Shown here piece after piece: positions 38,996 to 48,038 of a stretch of 64,000 nucleotides of DNA. A program made the translations under genes and the position numbers. Source of the stretch: an uncultured delta proteobacterium. GTDB taxonomy: Bacteria; Myxococcota_A; Polyangia; Polyangiales; Polyangiaceae. Within the stretch, counting starts at the first letter, position 1; each line of letters starts with the position of its first letter. The notes beneath the pieces are model-generated. The model was not told the origin of the DNA. It ran no database searches and saw only the letters and a list, made by a program, of their open reading frames with translations. The stretch is taken from contig CAVOKF010000007.1 in the NCBI GenBank assembly GCA_963696385.1, positions 160,001-224,000 of the forward strand. Direction: 5' to 3'.

Positions 38996-39870
38996 CGAAT
39001 ACGGTCCGTTCCGACACCCTGGATCGCGTCGCTCCGCTGGGCGTGCGCTTTTGGGATCCCGTGGAGCACGTGTTTGTGACCGACGGCTTGGTCGTCCGTG
39101 TGCGACTCGCCGGTTCGCGGGAGAGTCGCGCGGCCAAGGCCAACGCTTCGGGTATCTTCACCGTCCAGAACCTCCCGAGGCTGGGTGCAGCGGAGGTCGG
39201 GCTCGGCGACGCTGCGTACTGGGCGAAAGTCGCGACCCTGAGTTTCGTGGTCGAGGTTCACGACTCGCACGGGCAGTTCATGCCATTTTCCTTCCCTGCG
39301 CAACTGCCCGCGCGCGGGTTGTTCGTTTGGACGTGTGCGCTCGCTTCGCCCCCCGTGTCCGGCTGGTTGGCAGACGGAGCGCCGCTTTTTTCCGCTCCGG
39401 CGCGCGCCATCGCTCCGATGCGGGCCGTGATTCGCGCCCAAATGCAAGACGCGGTCAGCGGGCAGTTCGCTGCCGGCGCGGTGCTCGGGGCCACGGTCGG
39501 CGCGGGGGAGATGGTACGCGGAGTCGCCGACGCCCAGGGGCGCGTCGCGATCGTTCTGCCTTACCCCGAGCCGCTCGATTTTCCGCTGGTCGGCGACGGT
39601 TCGCCGCCGCCCTACGCGCCGGTGGGGGGGCCCTTCTCGAGCTACACGTGGCCGGTCGTGCTTGCGGCGCAATACACGCCGGCGACGGTGCTCCCAAAAT
39701 ATCCGGATCTTTGCACAACGCTGAGCCAACCCACCGCCCAACTTTGGGGGGACACGGTCGGCACGCCTCTCGCCACGCAGACGCTGACGATGGGGGTCGA
39801 TCTGGTCGTCCGCAGCGTCGACGCGACGAACGCCCAGTCGCTGTCCGTCTTGCTCGTGAAATCCAACTGA
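38992..39870 (+). CDS. eCIS-associated protein with carboxypeptidase-regulatory-like beta domains
   Basis: Overlaps the DUF4255 stop; LGVRFWD, ANASGIF, GVADAQGRVAI..PYPE; two SPP motifs. Confidence 0.6.
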   Translation: MTNTVRSDTLDRVAPLGVRFWDPVEHVFVTDGLVVRVRLAGSRESRAAKANASGIFTVQNLPRLGAAEVGLGDAAYWAKVATLSFVVEVHDSHGQFMPFSFPAQLPARGLFVWTCALASPPVSGWLADGAPLFSAPARAIAPMRAVIRAQMQDAVSGQFAAGAVLGATVGAGEMVRGVADAQGRVAIVLPYPEPLDFPLVGDGSPPPYAPVGGPFSSYTWPVVLAAQYTPATVLPKYPDLCTTLSQPTAQLWGDTVGTPLATQTLTMGVDLVVRSVDATNAQSLSVLLVKSN

Positions 39871-40075
39871 TGCACGGCGGCCGCGGGTCAGTGTCTCCGT
39901 TGGTCGCGAAGCGCTGAAAGCGGTCCTTTCACTGTTTGTCCGTGCAGCCCTCGCAACACAAATCGTTCGGCAACGCCCGTGTAGGAGTCCATTTCGTGCA
40001 ATCGACTGTAATTGCATCTTCGACGCGCCCGCAGGAGATTTCGGAGGCGGCGTGTACGTTGGATAGGGTGGAGCG

Positions 40076-40552
40076 ATGAACCTTTCGGCGGCCGGCGTGA
40101 AGTTTCTCGAATCCTGCGAAGGCGTCGTGCTGAGAGTCTATCGAGACGTGTCCGGTATCCCGACGTGCGGCGTGGGCCATGTCGTGCTTCCGGAGGATGG
40201 CCTCTCCGTGGGCGACCCGATCACCCAAGCGCAGTGCGACGCGTTCCTGACCCACGATGTCGGAAAGTGCGAGGCGGCAATCAACGGTAGCGTGACCGTG
40301 CCGCTGACCCAGAATCAGTTTGACGCGCTCGTGAGCCTGACTTTCAACATCGGGGTGGGCGGGTTTCTGTCGAGCACGGTGCTCCATGACTTGAACGCGG
40401 GCAACATCGCGGACGAGAGACGCGCGTTCGAGCTCTGGGACAAGGACAGCCGCAACGGTGTGCTGGTGGTGGACGCGGCTCTGCTGGCCAGGAGGGACCG
40501 CGAAGTGGCCCTGTTCATGTCGCCGGATCCGTCGCCGACCACCGTCGCCTAA
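40076..40552 (+). CDS. GH24 phage-type lysozyme
   Basis: E-x8-D-x5-T pattern (CEGVVLRVYRDVSGIPT), QNQFDALVS..FNIG, L..RR..E..LF. Confidence 0.93.
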   Translation: MNLSAAGVKFLESCEGVVLRVYRDVSGIPTCGVGHVVLPEDGLSVGDPITQAQCDAFLTHDVGKCEAAINGSVTVPLTQNQFDALVSLTFNIGVGGFLSSTVLHDLNAGNIADERRAFELWDKDSRNGVLVVDAALLARRDREVALFMSPDPSPTTVA

Positions 40553-40706
40553 TTACGATCCTCCCTCCTTGCCATTCGACCGGCTCGATCGGACCGTCGG
40601 TTCGACGGGACGGCGCCAAGGCGCCGACGCCACGCGGCGTCGTTCTCCGATGGGGAGCCCTGTCGCGTTGGAGTCGGGCGACGGACGGATCCCAGGATTC
40701 CTCGTT

Positions 40707-41814
40707 TCAGCGTAGACGTCGAGTTTGGTCCTCCGTCAATCGGGTCTCGACGTCCGCGGCAACGAACGACGGCCCGAAACGCTCCCCAAAGAGATGCGTG
40801 TAAAGCGCGATCTCCGCATCCCGGTACCGGATCCACGCGGTCATGGCCTCCGTAACGAGTTGGGCGTGCGTCGCGTCCCCCACGAGAGAGAGAGACGGCA
40901 TGGGCGAGCGAACGGGCCGCCGCGCTGCGATCGCCCTTTTTCGGGGCGTATTGGGCCATGTTCAAGATGGCGTGAGTCCGCTCCGTCGCGAGCGCCGTTT
41001 CGCGCAAGCTGGAAGCGTTCGATTGCATCGATCCGCCGCGGTACCGATCCGCTTCGGCTTGCGCCTGTCGGTGGGCAAACGCTAGCCATGCGGCGCGCGC
41101 CTCGTCCGCCAACTGGATCCCGGTCGCGTCCAAGCGCGACCGGAGTTGCTTCTCCGCCAGCTGTCGTTGCACCTTACCCTCGTCGGCTTGCACCCCGAGG
41201 CATTGGCCGCGCGCCCATGTCGTGCTGGCAAGGTCTCTGCAAACGTCCGTCGTCGCCGAGACGCGCGCGCCGCGGGCTCTCTGCCTGAGCGCGTCCACGT
41301 CGACATCCGCGAAGCAGTCTGCCAGCAAGGATTGGGCTGCCGCCGGATCCGCGGGTCCACCTTCCCCTGCGATCCACATCGCGGCCAGAGCGATCCGATC
41401 CAGCGACGGCGACGAACCGTTGCAGTTGCCTTCGGCCAGGACTTGGCGCTGAAAGCATGCACGCGCACGCGATCGATCCTTGTCAACCCCAACGCCATCG
41501 TAAAACCGAAAGCAAGAAATGCCTGCGGCTCCCGCGTCGTCGGCTAGACGATAGAGACCCATCGCATCGGCCTCAGAACACGTTGGATCGGCGTAGCACC
41601 GCTCGGCGGCGGCCACGCGCTCCTCAGGACCCGGAACAGCCGCCGATGCCGGTGCTGCTGTCGCCGCCCGTCCGACCGTCGCTCCTTCGATGCGCGGTGC
41701 GGCCGCCGGATCCACCGATGGCGTGGCGGTGACGCGCGTACGCGGCTCGCACCTCGCCGACAAAGCACTCAGCACGGCCCCAAGAACGAGTGCCGCCAGC
41801 GGGCGCCTGCTCAT
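40707..41814 (-). CDS. Secreted Sel1-like/LprI (DUF1311) lysozyme-inhibitor-like protein, frameshifted at a (GA)6 tract
   Basis: Signal peptide; GVGVDKD..RA..CF; ARAAWLAF...GGSM; second LprI-like AWIRYRDAE lies in another frame after 40884-40895. Confidence 0.65.
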
Positions 41815-42138
41815 GACGATCGACCGCCAGCTCAGCACCGACCGTCCGAAAGAGCAAGGCATCGTCCGTTATGCGCTGCCCATCCAGGGAATCATCTCGT
41901 CCCGGTGAGGTGTCAATTACACTCGCTTGCAATTCGACGCAGACGGTTCGTGGTCGACGAGTCAGGATGGATCAGAGCCGGGTCTTTCGTTCGGTTATGC
42001 CGGGGCGACGACAAAGTTCAGTTGCGAGCGACTGCTAAACGCACAAAATGTCTTGACGCTCGTCTCTTGAAGAGCTTCTCTCCGCGAGAGTACATCATTC
42101 GTTCAATTGTTCGATCGCTCTTGTTTTTGGGAGGGACC

Positions 42139-42300
42139 ATGCATCGTTACGACTATGAAACGTCGCTCTGGCGCGCAGCTGCGATCGCGCTTTGGGTTGC
42201 TGTCGCATTATCCGCCTGCGGAGGCTCCAGTGGGGGAGAAGGCCGCGGCAGCATCGCGCCGTCGAATTCAACGAAGGCGCCCGATTCCGGCACCGACTAG
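42139..42300 (+). CDS. Short lipoprotein-like ORF or gene remnant (53 aa)
   Basis: RBS GGAGGG; hydrophobic stretch plus lipobox ALSA-C; ends in TAG. Confidence 0.35.
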   Translation: MHRYDYETSLWRAAAIALWVAVALSACGGSSGGEGRGSIAPSNSTKAPDSGTD

Positions 42301-42363
42301 CACCTTGCCGACCGTCTGGCTCATGTCGAGAGTAGAACACTCAACATTGCCGAGGATTCCGCC

Positions 42364-42804
42364 ATGGCTCAAACCAATCCCATGAATGCCTCGATCAGCT
42401 TCCAGGGCAATGTCGCATGTGGAGGGAGCGCGACGCTCGTCCTAAAAGACGACGGAACATGCCTTTTCAACGGGAACTTCCATGACTCGGGCTTCGTACC
42501 ATACGGTGTGGCTTTCGCGATGGTCGTTCAGACCGACAGCGGGAAGGCATTTTCTTTCACCAAGACCGGTAAGGTCAACGGGACGACGGGAATCCTGGCC
42601 GATCCGTCAAGTAGCCGGGATTTCGGTTGGAACGACAGCGTCGTGAATCCGGCCATCCAGGCGGCGTGGCCGGATATCGTCAAGGGTTTCGACTTCCATT
42701 GGAAGGCCGACGTGAACGTAAACGTCGTCCAGGTTCTGCAAGACGTCGTGAACATAGTAAAGGACATTGTTCCCATCGTGGGAGAGGTGACCTCCGTCAT
42801 CTGA
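42364..42804 (+). CDS. Hypothetical beta-rich protein
   Basis: RBS GAGGA; protein-like composition (GGSATLVLKDDG..LFNGNFHDSG). Confidence 0.75.
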   Translation: MAQTNPMNASISFQGNVACGGSATLVLKDDGTCLFNGNFHDSGFVPYGVAFAMVVQTDSGKAFSFTKTGKVNGTTGILADPSSSRDFGWNDSVVNPAIQAAWPDIVKGFDFHWKADVNVNVVQVLQDVVNIVKDIVPIVGEVTSVI

Positions 42805-42953
42805 GATGATTTCGGCGAAAATCAATTCGCGCCAGTTTTCAATCTCTGTGTGACGAATGCCTTTTGGCACGCCCATGCGCATGACATCACAAGCTGTAGC
42901 CTAGGGCGACGTTTTCGATGCAGCTCGCGAGGAACTCCTCGCTTTCTACCGCC

Positions 42954-43703
42954 CTATTCGGCTCTCGATGACCCACGCGCGCCACGTGCGTCCGCCGCCG
43001 ACTCGTCAAGGCGCGCCATCATGGTTCGAAGGCTTCCGACGCCGAGGCTTCCTGGCTGTGCCGTCGGGTTCCGGCGCGGCGTGGCAAGCGGGTTCGGCGT
43101 AGGCTCGCCGATCTTTCGCAGAGTGTTGCGATTCGTATGGTGGAACGGGTCTGCCGCGCCGGGGATGGCCATCACGGTGTCCTGCTCGTACGACCACATG
43201 CCGCCTGGATGAATCGTCACCTCGACAGTGACGCGCAGGGTCTTGAACGCGTGCTCCAAGAACGGATTGGAGACGATCCCGTTCGTCTCCGAGCCACGGA
43301 CGGCCTCGAGCTTGAACGTCTTCGCGCTTGACTCTGCGTTGCCGACCGCCATCGCGACCTGGGCGCGCGGAATGGTCAACGTGTAGAAGACCGTCCCGGT
43401 CGCCGGCTCCCAGAGCCAGTAGCCCACCTGATCGTGGAACGTCTCCACGGAGTCGGGCTTCACAATGTGGGTGTGGTAGCGGAGCCCATAGAGGAGCTGC
43501 GGGCCGTTCGTCTGCGGATCGATTGGCTGGAGCTCGTAGCGCTCGATGAAGATCTGCTGCTCGGGGCCTCCCGCGGTGGGATGAACATCTTCGCCGCGCG
43601 CGCTCGTCCAGATCCCTGCCATGCCGGTCAGCGGACCGAGGTTCTTCAGCGTGTCAACGTCACGGTCGGGCTCCGTGTAGATGTCAGCGGGAAAATCGGC
43701 CAT
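42954..43703 (-). CDS. Nitrobindin/FABP-like (DUF1794) heme-binding beta-barrel protein
   Basis: LGPL..MAGIW, PQTNGPQLLYGLRY, FHDQVGYWLWEP, PFHHT.RNTL; ATG at 43703. Confidence 0.8.
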   Translation of the reverse strand: MADFPADIYTEPDRDVDTLKNLGPLTGMAGIWTSARGEDVHPTAGGPEQQIFIERYELQPIDPQTNGPQLLYGLRYHTHIVKPDSVETFHDQVGYWLWEPATGTVFYTLTIPRAQVAMAVGNAESSAKTFKLEAVRGSETNGIVSNPFLEHAFKTLRVTVEVTIHPGGMWSYEQDTVMAIPGAADPFHHTNRNTLRKIGEPTPNPLATPRRNPTAQPGSLGVGSLRTMMARLDESAADARGARGSSRAE

Positions 43704-44027
43704 GGCTGACGAGAGCTTTACGTCGTCGTCGCCAAAAACGCGAGACCCACCGCGACGCCCTCGCGCGTCTCGGTCCGGACCGCCGTCGCGGAGGCCCCGC
43801 GAGGCCCCGAGACGCAACGGCCGCAGCGATTTTCGGGTGACTGGGATCGCGGCCGGCGCCAACCCCGGCGCGATGCTCGCCATCCTGCAAGCCGCTATCG
43901 GCACGCTGCGCTCCGCGCTGCGGCGTCATGCGAGCCTCGTTGCGGAGAACCTCGGTGTCCGCTCCGCGGCCACGAACTGAGCCTTCTTGAACCGGGGCGT
44001 TCCGTACCCGCGCCGAACCGCCTCCGC

Positions 44028-44084
44028 CTTGAGCCACGCGAACCGCGCCCGGTAAAATCGCGCGTACCGGACCGCTGGCTCAAG
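44028..44084 (-). terminator. Stem-loop downstream of the copper oxidase gene, possible terminator or stabiliser
   Basis: CTTGAGCCA (44028-44036) / TGGCTCAAG (44076-44084) with inner CCGGTA / TACCGG; no U-tract. Confidence 0.3.
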
Positions 44085-44096
44085 CGAGCGTGAGGT

Positions 44097-45335
44097 TTAG
44101 GCCTTCCGGGCGCGGGTCCCCTCCGGATGCTTGTACCAACCGGGGTCGTCGTAGCTCGTGATGCCTTCGCGAACCTTGAGCACGGTGAACATGCCCCCCA
44201 TCTCGATCGCGCCGAACGGCCCCGTGCCGGTCATCATCGGAAGCGTGTTTTTGGGGCGGCCCATATCCATCATGTCGCCCATTCCGGTTTGACCCATCGG
44301 CATCGCACCCGGCAAGGCGGCCCGGAGCTTGGCTTCGGCGTCGGGCGATCGCACCCCGATCAGGTTCGGCAGGTCGTGGTTCATCGCATTCATGGTGTGG
44401 TGCGATTTGTGACAGTGAACGGCCCAATCGCCGGGGTTGTCGGCGATCAATTCGATGTCGCGCGCCGCACCGACAGGCACGTTCGTCGTCACCTCGCGGA
44501 AGCGCGCGCTCGGCTGGATGGGCCCCGCGTCGGTTCCCGTGACCTCAAAGCGGTGTCCGTGAAGATGAATCGGGTGACTGTCCATGCTGAGGTTCGCAAA
44601 GCGAATCCGCACGCGGTCGCCTTTTTTGACGACGAGCGGCGCTGTGCCCGGCCACGCGCGGCTGTTGAACGTGAATGTGTTGAAATCGGTCATGACCGCG
44701 GGGTTGGGGCGTGAGGTCCCCGGTGCGATCGCCCACTCGTGAAGAAGGATGGCGAAGTCGCGATCGACCCGTGGGCCGCCGCGCGGGTGGATGATGAAAA
44801 AGCCCATCATCCCGAGCGCCATCTGCACCATCTCGTCCGAGTGAGGGTGATACAGGAGCGTGCCATGCTGGCGCAGCGTGAACTCGTACACATAGGTCTC
44901 GCCGGGATCGATGTGCGGCTGGACGAGGCCGGCGACGCCGTCCATACCGTTCGGCAACAGCACACCGTGCCAGTGCATGCTCGTTCGCTCGGGGAGCTTG
45001 TTCGTGACATAGAGCCGGACGCGGTCGCCTTCGACGACCTCGATGGTCGGGCCCGGGCATTGGCCATTGTACCCCCAACAGTCGACGACCATGCCCGGCG
45101 CGAACTCTCGCTTGACCGGCTCGGCTACGAGACGGAACTCCTTGACGCCGTCTCTCAGCGTCCAGGGCATCGTGCTGCCATTGGGCGTGATGACCGGCGC
45201 GTAGGCCCCCCCCGTCGCGACGGGCGCCGGGGTCGCGGTCGGCGGCGTTTGCCCCGCGGCGCTACGCGTGCGGAGAAGCCCGAGGCCTCCGGCCAAAAGA
45301 GTCCCGGCAGAAAGCATCCGTCGTCGCGTGATCAC
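44097..45335 (-). CDS. Multicopper oxidase (Tat-exported)
   Basis: RRRML Tat motif; HWHG, YHPH, HPIHLHGH, HCHKSHH copper ligands. Confidence 0.93.
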   Translation of the reverse strand: MITRRRMLSAGTLLAGGLGLLRTRSAAGQTPPTATPAPVATGGAYAPVITPNGSTMPWTLRDGVKEFRLVAEPVKREFAPGMVVDCWGYNGQCPGPTIEVVEGDRVRLYVTNKLPERTSMHWHGVLLPNGMDGVAGLVQPHIDPGETYVYEFTLRQHGTLLYHPHSDEMVQMALGMMGFFIIHPRGGPRVDRDFAILLHEWAIAPGTSRPNPAVMTDFNTFTFNSRAWPGTAPLVVKKGDRVRIRFANLSMDSHPIHLHGHRFEVTGTDAGPIQPSARFREVTTNVPVGAARDIELIADNPGDWAVHCHKSHHTMNAMNHDLPNLIGVRSPDAEAKLRAALPGAMPMGQTGMGDMMDMGRPKNTLPMMTGTGPFGAIEMGGMFTVLKVREGITSYDDPGWYKHPEGTRARKA

Positions 45336-45375
45336 GGCTGCACCTCACGGTTGGGTAAGTGAGTTCGATGCGCGT

Positions 45376-46767
45376 TCATGGCTCGGCCCTCGAAGAAGGA
45401 TCCGGCGAGACGCTGGGGACGGCAGACGCAACGGCGCGCTCGAGATCGGCACGCGCGATCCAATAGTCGCGGAGCGACTCGATGAACTGCCGGTGCGCGT
45501 CGACCTCATTCTGTTTGGCGGTGAGGAGCTGGTAGGCCCCGAGAAGCATCGCGTCGTACTGCTGCTGCGACAATCTCACCGCGCCCTCCCGCAGAGGCAC
45601 CACCACCTTGGCGTACCGTGCGACGACGTCGCGCATCGCGACGAGACGCCCTCGCGCGGCGCGCACCTCGGAGCGAATGTCCACGGCCAGCGCGTTCTCG
45701 CGAGCCTGCGCCTGGCGAAGCTGGCCTTGCAGGCGCGCGATAACCGCTTGCCTCTGATCGAAGATCGGCAGATCGAGCGACACACTCGGAGTGACGGCCG
45801 TGTAGCGCTCCGGCGATCGTTCGAACGTGGCTCCCGCCGCCGGCCTTGCGATGAAGCGAAAGTTCTTCGCCATGGCGACCGCGTGCGAGAGCGCCTGCGT
45901 TTGCTCGTGTGCGGACGCGAGGTCCAAGCGCCCGCGAATCGCCTGCGCCTCGAGATGGTCGAGCGGGGGATCCGCAGGCGCGAGCTCCGGAAGGTTCGGA
46001 GGCACCTGAAACGAGGCCTCCAAACCCCACAGCCCGAGAAGCCGGGTCAGCGCCTCTCGGGCCGTCAGGACGTCCGCTTCGCTCCGGCGCACGTCCGCGC
46101 GAAGCTGCTCGTACAGGGCTTTCTGATTGACGAGGTCGAGGTCGTTGATGTTGCCCGCCGCGTGCTGGGCTTCCGCGAGGGCCACGGCCGCGTCTCCGGT
46201 CTCGAGCACGGTCTGGCGCATCGCCCGCAACTGTTGCGCGGCGACGAGCCTGTAGTACGCGACCTGGACGTCGAACGTCGTCCGAAGAACGGCATCGCCG
46301 ACGCGCAGTTTGGTCGCTTCGAGCTCAGCGGCCGCGACCTTCTTGCGCGCCGAGAGCGTCAAGACGGAGAGAAAGTCCTGGGCTACTCCGAGGCCGAATC
46401 CCGTCTGCACATCCGACCCGGCGATCGGGACGGTCACACCTGCCGAGAACGAGGGGTTCTGCAGCAGCCCGGCCTGGACGAGATCCGCTTGCGCGATGGT
46501 CAGATCCTCGTAGACGGCCTGCAGCTCTTCGTTGTTGAGGAGCGCAATCTGGACGGCTCCGTCGACCGAAAGGTCGCGGCTCGTCAGCTCGCGGATGCGG
46601 CGCGCAACCGCCTCGTCGGCGGCACCTCCCTGATTCCAGAAGATGCGGCGCCCCGTGCGCGCCTCGACGAGCTGCGCCGTATCGCGGAAGGCAGGCGCGG
46701 CCGAGGTCGAGAGGCACGCCGGCGCCAGGGCCACGATTGGCCAGAGGGCCAGCAGACCGTGACGCAT
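45376..46767 (-). CDS. TolC-family outer-membrane lipoprotein (copper operon)
   Basis: Lipobox LAPA-C; AVQIALLNN, QAGLLQNP, LPIFD, YWIARADLERA. Confidence 0.9.
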   Translation of the reverse strand: MRHGLLALWPIVALAPACLSTSAAPAFRDTAQLVEARTGRRIFWNQGGAADEAVARRIRELTSRDLSVDGAVQIALLNNEELQAVYEDLTIAQADLVQAGLLQNPSFSAGVTVPIAGSDVQTGFGLGVAQDFLSVLTLSARKKVAAAELEATKLRVGDAVLRTTFDVQVAYYRLVAAQQLRAMRQTVLETGDAAVALAEAQHAAGNINDLDLVNQKALYEQLRADVRRSEADVLTAREALTRLLGLWGLEASFQVPPNLPELAPADPPLDHLEAQAIRGRLDLASAHEQTQALSHAVAMAKNFRFIARPAAGATFERSPERYTAVTPSVSLDLPIFDQRQAVIARLQGQLRQAQARENALAVDIRSEVRAARGRLVAMRDVVARYAKVVVPLREGAVRLSQQQYDAMLLGAYQLLTAKQNEVDAHRQFIESLRDYWIARADLERAVASAVPSVSPDPSSRAEP

Positions 46768-47015
46768 CAGTGCGATGCTCCGGAGTTGGCCGAGGCGGGC
46801 GCCTGACCCTCGGGGTAAACCGCGGGCGCCGGCGGACTCGGACCGCCGGCGTCCCCGTTGGCGGTAGGTCGAGCGGCCGGTGAGACCTCACCCGGGGGTG
46901 GTGTTTCGGGCGCGTCCGGGTTCGACGGATTGCGCGCAGTTCGCGCGGGCAACGTTCCGTCGGCGCAGGCAGCTGCGAAGGCCCCGACGATGGCAAAAGG
47001 AAAAAGGGCGTTCAT
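46767..47015 (-). CDS. Small Pro-rich lipoprotein, first gene of the copper operon
   Basis: MNALFPFAIVGAFAAA-C; stop overlaps the TolC start. Confidence 0.55.
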   Translation of the reverse strand: MNALFPFAIVGAFAAACADGTLPARTARNPSNPDAPETPPPGEVSPAARPTANGDAGGPSPPAPAVYPEGQAPASANSGASH

Positions 47016-47140
47016 GGCGTGGATTCCTGAGAAAGGGGGCCGCGAGCGTCGCAACGACGAAGACTGGGGCGCGCCAAAGGCGGGAGTCTAACGCGAGCAA
47101 CGAACGGAAGCGCCGAGGGACGGACGGGGGATGGGATGCG

Positions 47141-47280
47141 TCAGGTGGTCGCGACGAGCAGGTCTTGCCGCTCGACGGCCGCAGGCCATCCGACCGAGCC
47201 GCGGAGTAGCGTTCGGCGAGCGTGCTCGGCGACACGTGCCGGACTTCTCGGAAGCCGGCTTCGCGGGCCAGCGCCAACCT
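47141..47280 (-). pseudogene. C-terminal remnant of a class I SAM-dependent methyltransferase
   Basis: LAREAGFREVRHVS...LAERY...RSDGLRP, then frameshift to DLLVATT*; no N-terminus. Confidence 0.55.
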
Positions 47281-47508
47281 CTCGCTATCGCCGGTGCAGT
47301 GACGAAAAAACGAGGCCGGCAGGACCGGCGCAGGGGGGGAACGCGCATCGTCCCCGCCAGCCTCATCTTACACTGTAAGGCTCGTCCGAGAGATGTCAAA
47401 GGCCGCTACGTTGGAGCGCGGGTGAGCGCATCGTGGGCGAGTCGCTTGCGCATCCTCTCGACCACCGCGAGAATCGCGCCACCTGCGGCCGCGGCCCCGG
47501 CGGCTCGT

Positions 47509-47600
47509 GGCAAGCGCGCGCACTTCACTGCGGCATCGAAGTCGTCCACCTCGAACCACAGAAGGACCCCGTGCCCCGCTGTGCCAGTCCGGACGGCGAG
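47509..47600 (-). pseudogene. Remnant of a VOC/glyoxalase-family gene
   Basis: GHGVLLWFEVDDFDAAV motif without an intact ORF. Confidence 0.45.
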
Positions 47601-47651
47601 GCGTTAGGCTCGTGACACGCGCGGAGCCGGCGGCGGGTCCGGTGGTTCGGT

Positions 47652-48038
47652 CTAGGGGGATGCGGTGCAGCCTGCCAGCACGCCACAAACCTGAAGAGCC
47701 AAAGACGACCCGCCCACGGCGCACGACTGTGTGCCGCAGGTACCTGCGTCTCCACACTCTGCATTCGTTCTGCATAGTTGCACAGGGAATGCACCGCCGC
47801 ACGACTCCTGGCAGGCCGTGCCGATCCCGACGGAAGTGTTCGTGACAAGGCAACACACGGCGCTGCCGTCATCGCAGTCCACCGCGGAAACACAAGCAAA
47901 CGCCAGGCACCCGCCGTCCCCGCCGTCACTGCACCCTGGACCCGCGTCCCTTGCGGAGTAGCCGTCGGTGCCTCCCGTGACAAGAATGCAGCCCGCGGCC
48001 ATCGAAGCCGCGAACGACATAGCCACCCCTTTTTTCAT
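47652..48038 (-). CDS. Cys-rich lipoprotein
   Basis: AAG-C lipobox; C..AVDC....VCC, QLC....EC; start overlaps the upstream stop. Confidence 0.6.
   Translation of the reverse strand: MKKGVAMSFAASMAAGCILVTGGTDGYSARDAGPGCSDGGDGGCLAFACVSAVDCDDGSAVCCLVTNTSVGIGTACQESCGGAFPVQLCRTNAECGDAGTCGTQSCAVGGSSLALQVCGVLAGCTASP

Larger units (their letters stand above)
3547..39870. other. Extracellular contractile injection system (eCIS; Afp/PVC-like) locus
   Basis: Sheath x2, tube x2, tube initiator, VgrG halves, gp25, baseplate, DUF4255, AAA ATPase and DUF4157. No capsid, terminase, portal or TssJLM genes seen. Confidence 0.95.

Noticed and set aside
3547..39870. Prophage or T6SS interpretation of the tail genes
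   Set aside because: No capsid, portal, terminase or integrase, and no TssJLM/ClpV; DUF4255, an Afp15-like ATPase and DUF4157 indicate an eCIS.
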